Shown here: positions 50,281 to 62,000 of the stretch, one piece after another
How the letters are laid out: each line of letters starts with the position of its first letter
Position numbering within the stretch: position 1 is the stretch's first letter
Assembly (NCBI GenBank): GCA_013265495.1
Contig: MU058669.1
Span: forward strand, 602,056-666,055
Direction: 5' to 3'
DNA: 64,000 bases
Source of the DNA: Vicugna vicugna
Taxonomy: Eukaryota
Notes under the pieces: model-generated
Seen by the model: the letters and a program-made list of their open reading frames with translations, nothing else
Database searches by the model: none
What the model was told of the DNA's origin: nothing
Translations under genes and position numbers: made by a program

Positions 50281-51690
50281 TTTAAGTTTAAAAGAAAAAT
50301 TTTAAAAGGGATTAAAAAATAAAAAGAATGAATAATTTAAAAAATTAAAATTAAAAATTAAAAAGGAAAAAGAAAACAGAAAAAAGTGGAGGATGTGTTC
50401 CCATGTACTGTGCGCTCTTAGTAATTTTGTCGAGAGGTCCTCTTTAAGTATGGGTGTTTGCCAAATCTTCCTTCCATGCCTTTTGGCTGTTATCCCGTTG
50501 GTTGTGGGTGTGGCTGGTGTTATGGTGACTAGGGCCTGATTTGGCTATTGAGCAGGGCCTCCTTTTTGTTTTATGATTGTCGCTGCTCCTGCCCTCGCCC
50601 TGCTTTGCGAACTCCACTAGCTCATTCTAGAGGCCCTCAGGTCGTGCCCCCTGGTCTGTGCTGCTCCTAGCACCGTGTTCAAGCACAGGTCGCACCCTCT
50701 CCCCACAAGGTGTCTAGGCGCCGGCCGGTGCACGTAGGTGGGGCGGTCGCTCCCCTCCCAACACCACGTCCAGCGCCGCGTAGGGTCCACGCTCGGGAGG
50801 CGGGCTCACAGGAAACGGCGCACCAGCCCTCGCCCCCTCAGCGCGCCAGAGCTCTGCTCCTTGTTTGTCTCAGAGGCTCACGTTCACAGAGGCACCGGGG
50901 CGGAAGGTTCCCCTCTGCCTGGGGCTGTAAATAAGTCTCAGTCCCGCCTGAGAGGTTGTGGAGCTCCCAGGTACGTGCTCAGGCTTGGACCCCTGCTACG
51001 GCTGGGAGCCGCGCACCGGAGAATATGGCGGCCGCGTCGCTCTTCTCCCGAGTAATGGCGCCGGTAAAGGCGCCGCGGGTCTGAGGAGACAGAGGCTACG
51101 GCGCCCCTCCCCCAGGGCACACCAGCAGTGTTGCTTTGCTTGTTTTTTTTTTATTTTATTTTATGGGGGACCCAGGCTGTTCTGCTCTGTAGCCCCTCCC
51201 AGCCACGGCGCGCAGCACACCTCAGCCCCATGAGGCCGCCTCAGCACAGCCGGCCGTGTCCTCCGCCCCCTCAGGCAGCCTGGCCCGGCCCACCCCTGCC
51301 GGTTCACGTCTAGGGCTGGGGGTCACAGGGATCCTTCCTGTCCACTTAGCTTAGTTCTGTGGGTCAGGGGCCCTTCCTTAGAGATCTGAGCCTCAGAGGC
51401 TCCCCTTCTGTCCCGCTGACCTCTCCGCTGAGACGGGGAGACCCAGCGCACGAGCGCTGTTCCGCCTTCGCTACTCCCTCCCTGCGGGACTGGTCCCGCA
51501 CAAATTTCCCTTTTGTTTTTCTCCTACCAGATTTCTGGGAAATTTTGTCTTTTGAAGAAAGCGATGTTCTGTCAAAGTCCAGCAGGTGTTCTGAGTGGAT
51601 GGGTGGGTCTGTGGGTGTCAGTCTTGGTGTATCTGTGGGAGAATGTGAGCTACCAGCGTCCCTCAACTCCGCCATCTTGGCCGCCTCTCC
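50281..51690 (-). mobile_element. L1 5'UTR / internal promoter, CpG-rich
   Basis: Minus strand begins GGAGAGGCGGCCAAGATGGCGG (YY1 motif 51669-51678); many retained CpGs; T-rich sense tract at the downstream end. Confidence 0.8.
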
Positions 51691-51880
51691 TAGCTCGAAT
51701 CTTGTTTCCTTCCTTCTGCTTGCTTGGGGGTTGGTTTGCTCATCTTTGTCTAGTTCCTCAAAATGGAAATTTAGGATATTGATTTGGGACCTTTCTTTTT
51801 CTTTAATAGAGGCATTTACAGCTCTCGGCATCCTTCTAACCGCTGCTTTCGCTGCCTCCTGTAAGGTTTGATATGTTGGT
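51691..51880 (-). mobile_element. Diverged L1 ORF2 fragment (region after the endonuclease domain)
   Basis: AVNASIKEKERSQINILNFHFEELDKDEQTNPQASRRKE resembles ORF2 ALNAYIKKEERSQINNLTLHLKELEKEEQTKPKASRRKE. Confidence 0.85.
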
Positions 51881-53559
51881 TTTTTTGTGGAGCCCCTGAA
51901 GCAGTCAAATCTCTGTTGTCTACAGAGCTGCCGGCTTTTGGCTACCAGGACTCTGACCAGGGAGGGACGAGGATGGGAATAGCCCTGTTAAAATGTCACA
52001 GGCTTGGATGTTCAGCAGTCTGTGTGGGACAGAAGATTTTCAGATCATTTTGTGATTGTTAATTGCTGGAGTACTAAAATGGTTGATTTTCATTATTTGG
52101 CCCCTATTTGCATTGTTTTTGAGGGAACAGGGGTTCCGTGAGATCCTTTCTCTGCCATCCTGGCCCTTGATTGCTTTTAACTGGTCTCACGACCCTTGGG
52201 GTGGGTGCTGTCATTACCTGCTCTTAGCGGATGAGGAAATGGAGCCTCAGAAACACGCAGTAACTTCCCGAGCCTGCACAGCTAGTGAGTAGTGAAGCCA
52301 GCATTTCAACTTGGGTAACCTCTTAGAACTTTCTGTCCAGCTGTTCCCCTCCCCGCACATGTCTTCCCTGGACTCTTCTTTACCTCCTTCACACCTACTT
52401 TCAAGTCTTACCTACTCAGTGAGGCCTAGCTTGGCCATCCTCCCTCTGCTGCCTCCATTCTCAGTTTCCCCTTAGTCTGCTCTGCTGCTTTTCCCCATCA
52501 ACATAGCATTTTGAAATCTTCCATGTGTGTATTATGTTTATTGTCTGTCTCCTATTGCTAGAGGGTCTGTTCCACAGAGCCAGTTATCCTTGTCTGTTGA
52601 TTTTCCCTGTGAGAGTCTGAAAGACGGCCCAGCATACGTGAGGCTCTGGATAAGTGTTTGCTGGATCTGACCCAGAGCTCCAGCTCTCAACCCTAAGTTA
52701 GGAGCAGGGTCTGGACTTGAACTGTCACCTGCCTTTCTCTGAAGCCCACATTCTTAATATCCAGTCCTATGAGTTCCCCAAGGAATAAGGTCCACCCTAG
52801 CCCAGGTACCATTAGGTTTGCCTTCACCCCAGGGGTTACAGGGTTTATTCCCAAATAGGCCTCCAGGAAGCTGCTGCACCCCTGTGTGCCTCATATCTGC
52901 CCCCTTCCCCAACCAGCAACTCTCAGTGACACTCTTTCCATGGTGTGGGGATGTGGGGACTGGGGCAAGGGCTGAGTGTCTTCTGGGCAGCCAAGCAACT
53001 GATGGAAGTGTTTTTCTGCAGAAAGTGGACATACCAGAGGAAAAGGAAGTGTGCGTGTGTTTATTTTTGCAGGTGCACATATGCACACATAGTGCGTGTG
53101 TGGAGACAGAGTAGCTGTATGTGCAAAGTCTCTGAGATAGGAACTATGTGAGGAACAGAAAAAGCCCATTCTGGGTGGAGCAGACTGGCCTGAGGTGAAG
53201 AAGGCAGGGGAGGGAGGGGGAAGGGCACTGCATCCCTGAGCTCCAGGGACAGGGGAGCATTGGAGGAGCCTGTCTCTCCCGTGAGTGTCAGCGTGAGCAC
53301 AGCCGCCCTTCCTCTGTGGCTATGAAACACTTCCACAGTGACTAAGTAAGTCTCAGATAACAGATAGAGACGTCAGGCCTGGAAAAGTCATTTGAGACAT
53401 GCTTTCATAGAATGGAGGAGAACAGGCCTACAGTGGTGTCCAAAATGACCCAGGAGGTTGATGAGTTGGTGGCAGATTCTTACCTCTTAGAATCTTTCTA
53501 TTATGGGAAATTTTATTTCACATTTCTTTCTCTTATCCTTTTTTTAAAAACCTGTGCTT

Positions 53560-53750
53560 TGTATAGAGTGGATACTGCATTAAACACTTCCCACCCATTA
53601 CATCCAGTAACTCTTTATGAATGAGGCAGGTTTTGCTATTAACCAGACTTGGCAGATGAGAAGCAGAGACTCAGAGAGATGGGGGCATCTTCACCAGGGT
53701 CACATGGTCAGCAAGTGGTTATGCTCAGACTGTAACCCGTGTCAGTTCGA
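53560..53750 (-). mobile_element. MIR SINE
   Basis: gcagatgagaagcagagactcagagagatgg...ccagggtcacatggtcagcaagtgg. Confidence 0.65.
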
Positions 53751-54577
53751 CTTCCTACTCTGCCTTAGGCCCCCAATCCCTCTTTTGCCTTCACTGGCTG
53801 ATAGACCAGTTAGTCTGGTGGAGGCTGCCTGGATCTGTGGGGAGGCAGGCAGTGAGGTGGAGTTAGGCTGACCCAGGATGCTCTGCTGGTACTTCCCCAA
53901 AATCAGAGGAAGTGAAGCCCTGTCACACTGAGACCATCTGGGCCTCATGGGCAGCAGCACCTTGGATCTAGGATCTGGGTGAATTAACCTCCTCCAGTGC
54001 TCGTCTCTGCCAGAGTGTCTGGCCTCTAAACCCACTGAGAGGTTGGCTGTCCTGCTGCCTGTGAGCCCCTGGGCTGCTGACTTGCAGGTGCCTGTTTCCC
54101 ATTCATCATCCACACGGTCACCAGCCTTCCTCATGGGCTTCCCCTCTCTGTAGTTCTTGAAGCATTTACAGCGTTGTCGGCATCCGCCTCCAGTATCAGT
54201 GGCCCCACTGGAGAGTCTGCGAAGTGCTTTTCTCATGAAACATTTTATATTCTCCTCTCTGGGATTCATATCATCCTTATCTCCATCTTTCCAATGAGAA
54301 AAACTGAACTCTGATGGTAAAAATACATTAAAACACCCATGGTCACAAAACTAGCCAGTGGCATTGGGGCTCAAGGTCGTGGTCTTTACCCTCCCCCGAG
54401 ACATGCCAGTGTTGCAGAGTAGCTGCCATTTTGTTATCATCTGTGTGTTCCTTAATCAATCCTCTAAGTTTTGCAGTTGGGGAAAATATTGCTCAGAGGA
54501 GTCAGGACAGGCTCGGGGGTCTCATAACTTGTGGATCAGAGAACTGGGAGGCAAACTCAGGTGTGTGTGATCCATGC

Positions 54578-54890
54578 TGTTACAGATGGAACTGCGTGTC
54601 CTCCAAATTCGAGTGTTGAAGTCCTAGCCCATAGTATCTCAAAATGTGACCTCATCTGAGACCAGGGTTGTTGCAGGTGTAATCAATTAAATTAAAATGC
54701 ACTCATACTGGAGCGGGAGGCCTATAATTCATTATGACTGATGTCCTTTTAAAAAGGGGATATTTGGACACAGACATGCACACAGTGACACCACCATGTG
54801 ACATTAAAGGCAGAAATTGGGATGATGCTTTTATAAAACAAGGGATGCCCGTGATTCTCAGCAAACCACCAGAAGCTGGGAGACAGGCCA
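54578..54890 (+). mobile_element. MLT1B/C-like LTR, 5' part
   Basis: gttgaagtcctagccc...tcaaaatgtgacct...atgactgatgtccttttaaaaagggga...aaaccaccagaagctggg. Confidence 0.8.
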
Positions 54891-55416
54891 TGTTATAGTT
54901 CAGCCAGGGGTGTTGCTGGCTGAGGTGGGGGCGGGAGGAGAGTGCTTTTGTTGCAGAAAAATGTGTTACAGCTCGGTGTTACAGCTCAGTGGTGACAGCA
55001 ACCTGGATCGAGGCGAGAGACCAAGCAGCACTCGGAGAGTTGGAGAACTCAGGCTTATTATGCCAGTGGGCCCAGAGGAGTTAACACTCCAAGCTCTGGA
55101 CCCCGGCTGTAGGTTTACACAGGCTTTTATAGGCTGCCAGTTTACACTTTGCAACATCATATGCAAATAAGGTGTAACAAAAGTTGACTAATTAGGAACA
55201 AGCTTTGTAGAAATGGGCCAATCAGGAGTTAGCTCAGGGAACCAATAGAATTTTAGGGGTAAGTTCCATTTTCCTAGAAGTAAGCTGTTTCAGAGGCAAA
55301 AAGTGAGACAGATCCGCTGGGCCAGGGAACCAGATGGTGCTACTACTACTACAGGAGAGTAGTAGCCCTGCCTGGGGATCCTGCTGGTCTTTTTTTATGG
55401 GGCTTCCCACCTTACT
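54891..55416 (-). mobile_element. Probable lineage-specific ERV solo LTR
   Basis: Starts TG exactly where the MLT1 stops; minus-strand TATAAAA near 55126-55132, two CCAAT boxes and octamer ATGCAAAT 55161-55168; right boundary uncertain. Confidence 0.6.
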
Positions 55417-55871
55417 TTGGTGGTAGAAGCAAAATGCAGCCTTGCAGCTTCAGCCAGCATGATGCCTGTGGAGATGTGGGCAGACTGCTCCGAACTTCCT
55501 TACTCCAGAGAGGCTGAGTTTTGGAACGTTGGTTACATTAGAGCATCTGATGTTCAGGGGGCCCAGGAGGACCATGGAGATGGAGAAATGCTGGACTGAC
55601 TGCTAGGAAATGACTCTGCCACTCATCCTGCTGTGTGACCTTGGGGAAACCTCCTGCCTTCTCTGGGCTTCAGTGAAAAAGTTTGACTAGATGATGTTTA
55701 AGGGTCCTAAGAATCAGATCTAAAGGAAGAGGAAACAAAGGAAACCTTGTCATTTGCAGAAATCAAAGAACTCACTTAGGAGCACTCTTTTCCAACTTGG
55801 TTTCAGGTGTATGGACGAGGCCAGCTGTCTAATTACTCAGCGTGCCAACCAACTCTTTATTCCCTTGACTT

Positions 55872-56330
55872 ATTTTTTTTAATTGAAGTATAGTTGGTTT
55901 CCAATGTTGTGTTAATTTTTGGTGTTCAGCATTGTGATTCAGTTATACATATATATATATATATTCCTTTATATATTCTTTTTCATTATAGACTATTAGG
56001 AGATATTGAATATTGTTCCCTATGCTATAAGTAGGACATTGTTGTTTATCTATTTTTTATATAGTATAGTGAGTATCTGTAAATCCTGAACTCCCAATGT
56101 ATCCCCATACTCCTCTCTTTGTCCCCTGGTGACCACAAGTTTGTTTTCTATGTCTGTGAGTCTGTTTCTGTTTTTTAAATAAGTTCATTTGTGTCATTTT
56201 TAAAGATTCCACATATAAGTGATAATCATATGGTACTTGTCTTTCTCTTTCTGGCTTACTTCACTTATCCTTAGTATGACGATCTCCAGGTCTATCCATA
56301 TTGCTGCAAATGGCATTATTTTATTCTTCT
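55872..56330 (-). mobile_element. L1 3' end
   Basis: aattgaagtatagttggtttccaatgttgtgtt...ttgctgcaaatggcattatt; ttgactt on both flanks (55865-55871, 56338-56344). Confidence 0.9.
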
Positions 56331-56562
56331 GTATACTTTGACTTCTAAAGATCTCATCTCAGGATAATGAGGAGGGTGGTGATGAAGATTATTAATAAAC
56401 ACAATGTACTTATGGGGGAAAAAGAAATGAAAACATTGGGGCTCTCAAGAGGCTTGCTTTGGCCCTTTTGAACGGGGCAGGACTCACTCATGGTAAGATC
56501 ACTGGCGAGTCTCCGTCTCTCTCTGGCTTCCCTATCTATGAAGGGAGGGTATTGGACTAGGT

Positions 56563-56750
56563 CTGTGGTTCTCACACTCTGGTCTCTGGACCAGAAGCAC
56601 CAGCATCACTGGGAAATTGCTAGACATGTAAATTCTCAGGCGCCATCCCGAACCCACTGAATCTGAAACTCTGAGGTGGGCACCCTGGTGATCTGTTTTA
56701 ACGAGCCCTCCACACTAGTCTGATGCACTCTCAATTCTGAAAACCACTGG
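56563..56750. mobile_element. MER5A MITE
   Basis: gtggttctcaca...cagcatcactgggaaattgctagacatgtaaattctcagg...actgaatctgaaactctg...gaaaaccactg. Confidence 0.85.
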
Positions 56751-59109
56751 ACTGGTAGTCCCTTTGGTCTCCGCTCTGACTGCCTCTGCTTGTAAGCCCC
56801 GTCCATGACAGTGGTCTGCTGTGGGATTCTTGGAGAGAGGGCTGAGAGGTGGGGAAAGAGTCTTTGCTGTGCTCTCTTCTCTCCCTTCTGAAGGTTTTGA
56901 CGCCTCCTTTGCCTCCCTCCTTTCTCTCAGTGTCCTCTGATGACAGGAGCTTATGAAGATGGGGGATTTTCCACAGGCCTGTTTCAGAGGTCCTGGGGAG
57001 GAGTTTTAATTGCCAGATTTCACACTGAGGGTGTTAACATTTATTAAAGTCAGCTTCTCTGATTACCTTTTAACAAGGCGGTGACTGTGCATAGGAGATA
57101 ACGTTGGCCAAAGCCTGGTGGGGCCTCAGAGGAGGCTTAAAATAATCAGGCCCAGGGAAAATAGGAAAGCAGCCTGGTGTAGCGGTGACACAGCATCGGC
57201 GCTCCGCCAGGCTGGAGGTGGGGAGGGGGGTCTGGGCTGCCGTGGACAAGGTGGGCATGGGAAGGCGGGATTGGAGGTGGGAGGAAGGGAGAGCCTGGGG
57301 ATGGTCTGTCCTGGGAACAGAACTGTTCCAGTGCTGGGGTCCAGGGATCCAAGGCTCTGAATACAGGCTCCAGCTTCTTTTGGTAGAAGATCAGAATCTT
57401 GCACTTTGATAATTTCAGAGGGGTTAGGGATGGGAGCAGATGAACTCTGCTGTTGGGTAGCAGAGAGTGGAAAATGCACCCAAGACCCTGCATCTGATCT
57501 CGATTTGCTGCAACTGCCTGGTCCTTTGCTCCAGACCCTTCCTCTCAGGACTCCCGTTGGGCTGTATGTCCCAGGGGATTCAGACCGTGTTCTCCTGATT
57601 CTAAGGGCCCAGACTCCCAGTCACCTCCCAGTCGAAGACTCATAAAGCTGAAGGGTTCTGGTGTCTCTGGGGGCGATGAGCTGAACCATCTCTATTCCTT
57701 TCTCCCCTCCACTGGGAATGGCTCTGATTTCATCTAGTTTATGCCACGGAGGTTTGAGAAGACAATCTTGCAGAGTGAAAAGAAAAACAACACTGTTGCA
57801 GCCCTGAGCTCAGTGTCTGCTACTGCTCTGAGCAGAACTCATGCCCTATCCCGGCCCCCACCTGCTCCTTCTCAGTGTTCCAGTCTTGGTGAAAGGTGGG
57901 CCCCGCCCAACAGGCCCCCTTCTCTCTCTGCCCTGTTCCAGCGTCCCGTCTATCATTACATACTGCTGATTCTCCTCCCTAGAGGCTCTAGAATCTGTCT
58001 CCTTGTTTCCTCCAACCATTATTGCCCTACCTTAGGTTTGGACTCGCAATGGAGGCTCCGAGGTGGTGCTTCTGTTTCCAGTCTTGTCCCCTCAAATCCT
58101 TCCTCTGACCAGGAGGGATCTTGTCACATGTCATTCTGAGGTTCTTCCCTTCAGTGCCTCCCTTTTGCCCACTAGGTCCGTGCTTCTGTGGTTCAGAGGT
58201 CTGGGCCTTTCCATGAGCCATGCCCGTCACAGCTTGACCTTTTGCCGCTCACCCTCTCTGCTCAGCCAAACCAAACACCTTCTGGTTCCCTCAGTACCTT
58301 TTAAGAGTCAGCTCAGGGGCCACTTCTTCTCTGGCACCTCCCCTGACATCCTGGGCAGAGTATAATTCTCTCACCTGCCTGTGCCTGTAGTAAACCTCAT
58401 ATCCTTTAAGATTATAATTGTTTGCATAACTGTTCTCCGTATAAGCCTCTGCATTCCTCAAGGCTACAGAGAGCATAGATGATTCAACTTTGTACACATG
58501 ACAATAGCAGGTACTTCATCAGGACGCTTGAATTAAATTCTGCAAGGATGCTCAAAAAATCCCTTTCATCCCCTCTCCACTGCTGTTTTCAAAGTGCGCT
58601 GGCATTTGCCTGTAGATTGGTGGTCAGAGTATCACTGAGGCTGCCATGTTGCTGAAATGTGATGAGCCACTAGCGGGTACTGAAGGGCTGAGTTATTGTG
58701 TGACTCTTCTCCTTAATTGCTGTGTGACCTTGGGTTGGTCACTTGGCTTCTCTGGTTTAGTTACTCTGCTGGTATATTTGACCGCTTGATGTCTTTTACT
58801 CAGAAGGATGGAGACCTAGTGGCAATTTCTATCTTCACACATCTCATTACCAATAATATTTATCAAATTTGTCAAATGTCAGGCACAGTGCAAAGGCTAA
58901 GCTTGTTATCTGTCTTGTCTTAGCTAATTCTTCAAATAGCCCAGTAAAGTGGGTATCATTGTCCTTATTTCCTGGGGGCTCAGACACATCTAAGGTAGGT
59001 GAGGACATACTGGTTGAGCCAGATTCAACCCCTTTAGGGGTTTGATGAAGAGGAAGATGATGTAACTTCAAGGAAAACATGTTCAAGGGAGAGTTGACCA
59101 TCCACACTC

Positions 59110-59600
59110 ACTACCACGGGCCTTCAGGCCTGGCTCACCTCTGACCTCACCTCATGCACTCTGCCCTTCTGCTGTGCTCTGGCCACATGCAGCCTCTTGC
59201 TGTTCCATGCACATGCCAAGACTGTTGCTGCCTCGGGGACTTTGCAGTTGCTGTTCCCTCTGTATGAATGCTTTTCCATTTGCTCTTTATGGCCTCATCC
59301 CTCATGACCCAGCTCAACTATCACCTTCTCAAAAAGAACTTTCCTGACTCCTCATCTAAAATATTTCCCTCCCTCCTCAAGCCCCATCCCGACTCATTAT
59401 TTTGTTAGTTGCTTTTGTTGCACTCTGTGCACTTTGTGCTTATTTTCTTCTTTTCTTTCTTTCTATTTTTTTAATGTCTTGGAATCCCCTAATGCCTCAA
59501 GTGTAGGAAACCTGAGGGCTGGGGCTTTGTATGTTTTCTGCATGCAGTATCCTCAGCCAGCACCTGGCATATGATGATGAGAGCAAAAATGAGTAACGTA
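59110..59600 (+). mobile_element. L2 LINE 3' fragment
   Basis: ctcggggactttgcagttgctgttccctctg...tcaccttctcaaaaagaactttcctgac...gcacctggcatat. Confidence 0.65.
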
Positions 59601-59741
59601 ATGACTGAAGGGTGGCCAGCCCTCACCTGACTTGCTTCATTCCTGCCTTAGTGATGCACTCATCGAATAACTTTGGTCAGTTTCTTGGACCTTTTTGGGT
59701 CTCAGTTTTCCCATCTTTAGCATGAGGGCTTTGGAAGAGAA

Positions 59742-59920
59742 CAGAGTTCAGCAGATGCTCTTAAAGGACCAGAGTGTAAATATTTTAGGCTTTGCAGGCC
59801 ACATGGTCTCTGTTGCATCTGCTCAACTCTGCTGTTCTCGTGTGAAGCAGCTGTAGGCAGCACAGACTGAAGGGCATGGCTGCATTCTAATAAAACTTTA
59901 TTTACAAAACCAGAAGGTCA
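59742..59920. mobile_element. MER58A-like hAT MITE
   Basis: taaatattttaggctttgcaggccacatggtctctgttgca...ctcaactctgc...aataaaactttatttacaaaa. Confidence 0.85.
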
Positions 59921-60974
59921 ACCTGTGGGTCATAATTTTTTGACATCTGGACTAGAAGGCCCCTTGAGACCTTTATAGCTTGGATATTTTAAATCCCTTA
60001 TTACCTGTCTTCTAAGGAGTCTTGTTTGGCTTGGCTCCTTGGCCTTAATGTTGAAAATCCTAGTTCTGGTAGCATGTATGTTTGAGACCCTCAAAGAGAC
60101 ACTGATGTGGAAAGGAATAATAGACCCATGACGGCTGCATGGCATGCCAACAGGTCACAAACAATGTTTGAAGGCTTTTCTGACATGGTTCTAAACACAT
60201 CTCTAAAAATACAGAAGATTAAGGAATTTGGTGACCACCTTTTAAAAGTTTCCGGGGGGTGCATTTCTCAAGCTCTCCTCCTCTGTTCACTGAAGGCTTA
60301 GTCTCCTCAACCCTTACTAAATCCCTGGGTGTGTGACACCCCATCTCCCCTTCATTGCATTGTCTTTCCTACCCACAAATGTGTCTGCTTTCTCCACCGC
60401 ATTGAAATCTCCTTGACAACAGAGAAGTTTATTTCTTTCCTTTCCCCACATGACATCTAATATTGTTCTGGGCACATAGAAGTGCTAAATAAACATTCAA
60501 TTTACATTCTAGGACCCCCTGCCCTCTCTTCCCATTATGCATTGTTCCAGAGGCTTATGCTCGTGTGAGGATGGCTTTCGATGGCTTTTCTTTTTGTTGG
60601 ATTCGATTTTCTGTGTTGTCTGGGATCTGGGTTACCAGATACATATCAGTGTCATTTATAGTCAGGCCATGTGACTGTGATGGTCAGACGGATATCATCT
60701 GATACTGCCGGAGTCAGGGAGGCAGTCAATTGCGTGGGAGGGGATTTGAGCGCTGGATGGGGAATAAAAACATCCTAGATTTAAGATACAGCTCTGCTGC
60801 TAACTCGCCGAGGAAATGTAAGCAAGCCACTTTATTTCAGTGAGCGAAAGCCTTCGTTTCTTTATCTAAATGGGGAGGGTGAAACCCTCCCCATTTTTAT
60901 GAAGATGAAGTGAAATGATTTATGAGGATCAGTAAAGAGTGAAGGACCATACTAACATAAAAATTATTAGTCAC

Positions 60975-61610
60975 AGGTCTTCATCATCTCTCAGCTTCTA
61001 ACTGGCCTCCCTCTTTCCACCCTTGCCCACTGAGTCTGCTGTCCAAGTGGCATCTAGAGTTATCTGTAAATGTGAGTTGGAGCTTAAGTCTTGTCACTCC
61101 TCTGCTAAATCCCCAATGACTCTCATCACATGCAAAGCACAAGTCCTAAACGTGGCTGAGAAAGCCCCACCTTCCCTGGCTCTGTGGCCTCTGACCTCAC
61201 CTCCTACTACCCTCCACTTTAGCCACAGTCTTCTTATTCTTACCTCAGGACCTTTGCACTTGGCTCCTCTCCATACCTGATACGTCCTTTCCCTAGACAT
61301 CAACATGGCTTGCTGCATCACTGGCTTCAGGATTTTACTGAAAGTTCACCTTCATTCTCAGTGAGGCCTTCCCCAGCCATTCTTTTAAAAATTCCACCCC
61401 ATCCTCCTTGCCTGCTTTGATTTTTTCTCCGCAGCACTTACCACAAGCTAACATAATATTTACGTTACTTGTTTTGTTTTTCTCTGTTCCTGAGTAGATG
61501 CTTCATGAGGGCAGGGATTTTTATTTATTTCTGCAATGCTATATTTCCAGCATAAAGCACGGTGCTTGATACCTAATGGGTGCTTAATAAATATTTGTCG
61601 AGTGAATAAC
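60975..61610 (+). mobile_element. L2 LINE 3' fragment
   Basis: cctcaggacctttgcacttgg...ctcagtgaggccttccc...atgagggcagggatttt...gtgcttaataaatatttgtcgagtgaa. Confidence 0.8.
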
Positions 61611-61754
61611 AGAGGTTATGATCTCATTAGCTCAAAGAGGCTGCCTGCTAAGGCACACAGGCACTGCATAGCATTGGTTGGCTGATAAAGTTCACCCATT
61701 CCTTATAGCCTGGTTCAATTAATGCTAACCTTTTCCCCCTGGGATCTTTGGAAA

Positions 61755-62000
61755 CAGTATATTAACATGATTAAGAGGGTGGGCTTGGCAATCAGCCAAG
61801 GTCAACTCTGCGTTTACTTCTTACTACCTGTGTGAGTTTCAGCAAATAATCACCCTCTCTGAACCTAAGTTTCTGAACTGTGAAATGATAATTTCTGTTA
61901 AGTAAGGTTGTTGTGAGGATTAAATGGGGATTATTTGTGAAAAGCATTTAGACACATCCTTAGGTCATAGTAAGTTGTTGGCTAATGGTAGCTATTTTTG
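61755..62000 (+). mobile_element. MIR SINE
   Basis: cttactacctgtgtgag...ctctctgaacctaagtttc...ggttgttgtgaggattaaatg. Confidence 0.75.

Noticed and set aside
51364..51831. 155 aa ORF as a real chimeric gene
   Set aside because: It is a decayed L1 ORF2 fragment reading by chance into an L1 5'UTR; there is no promoter or splice evidence for the fusion.
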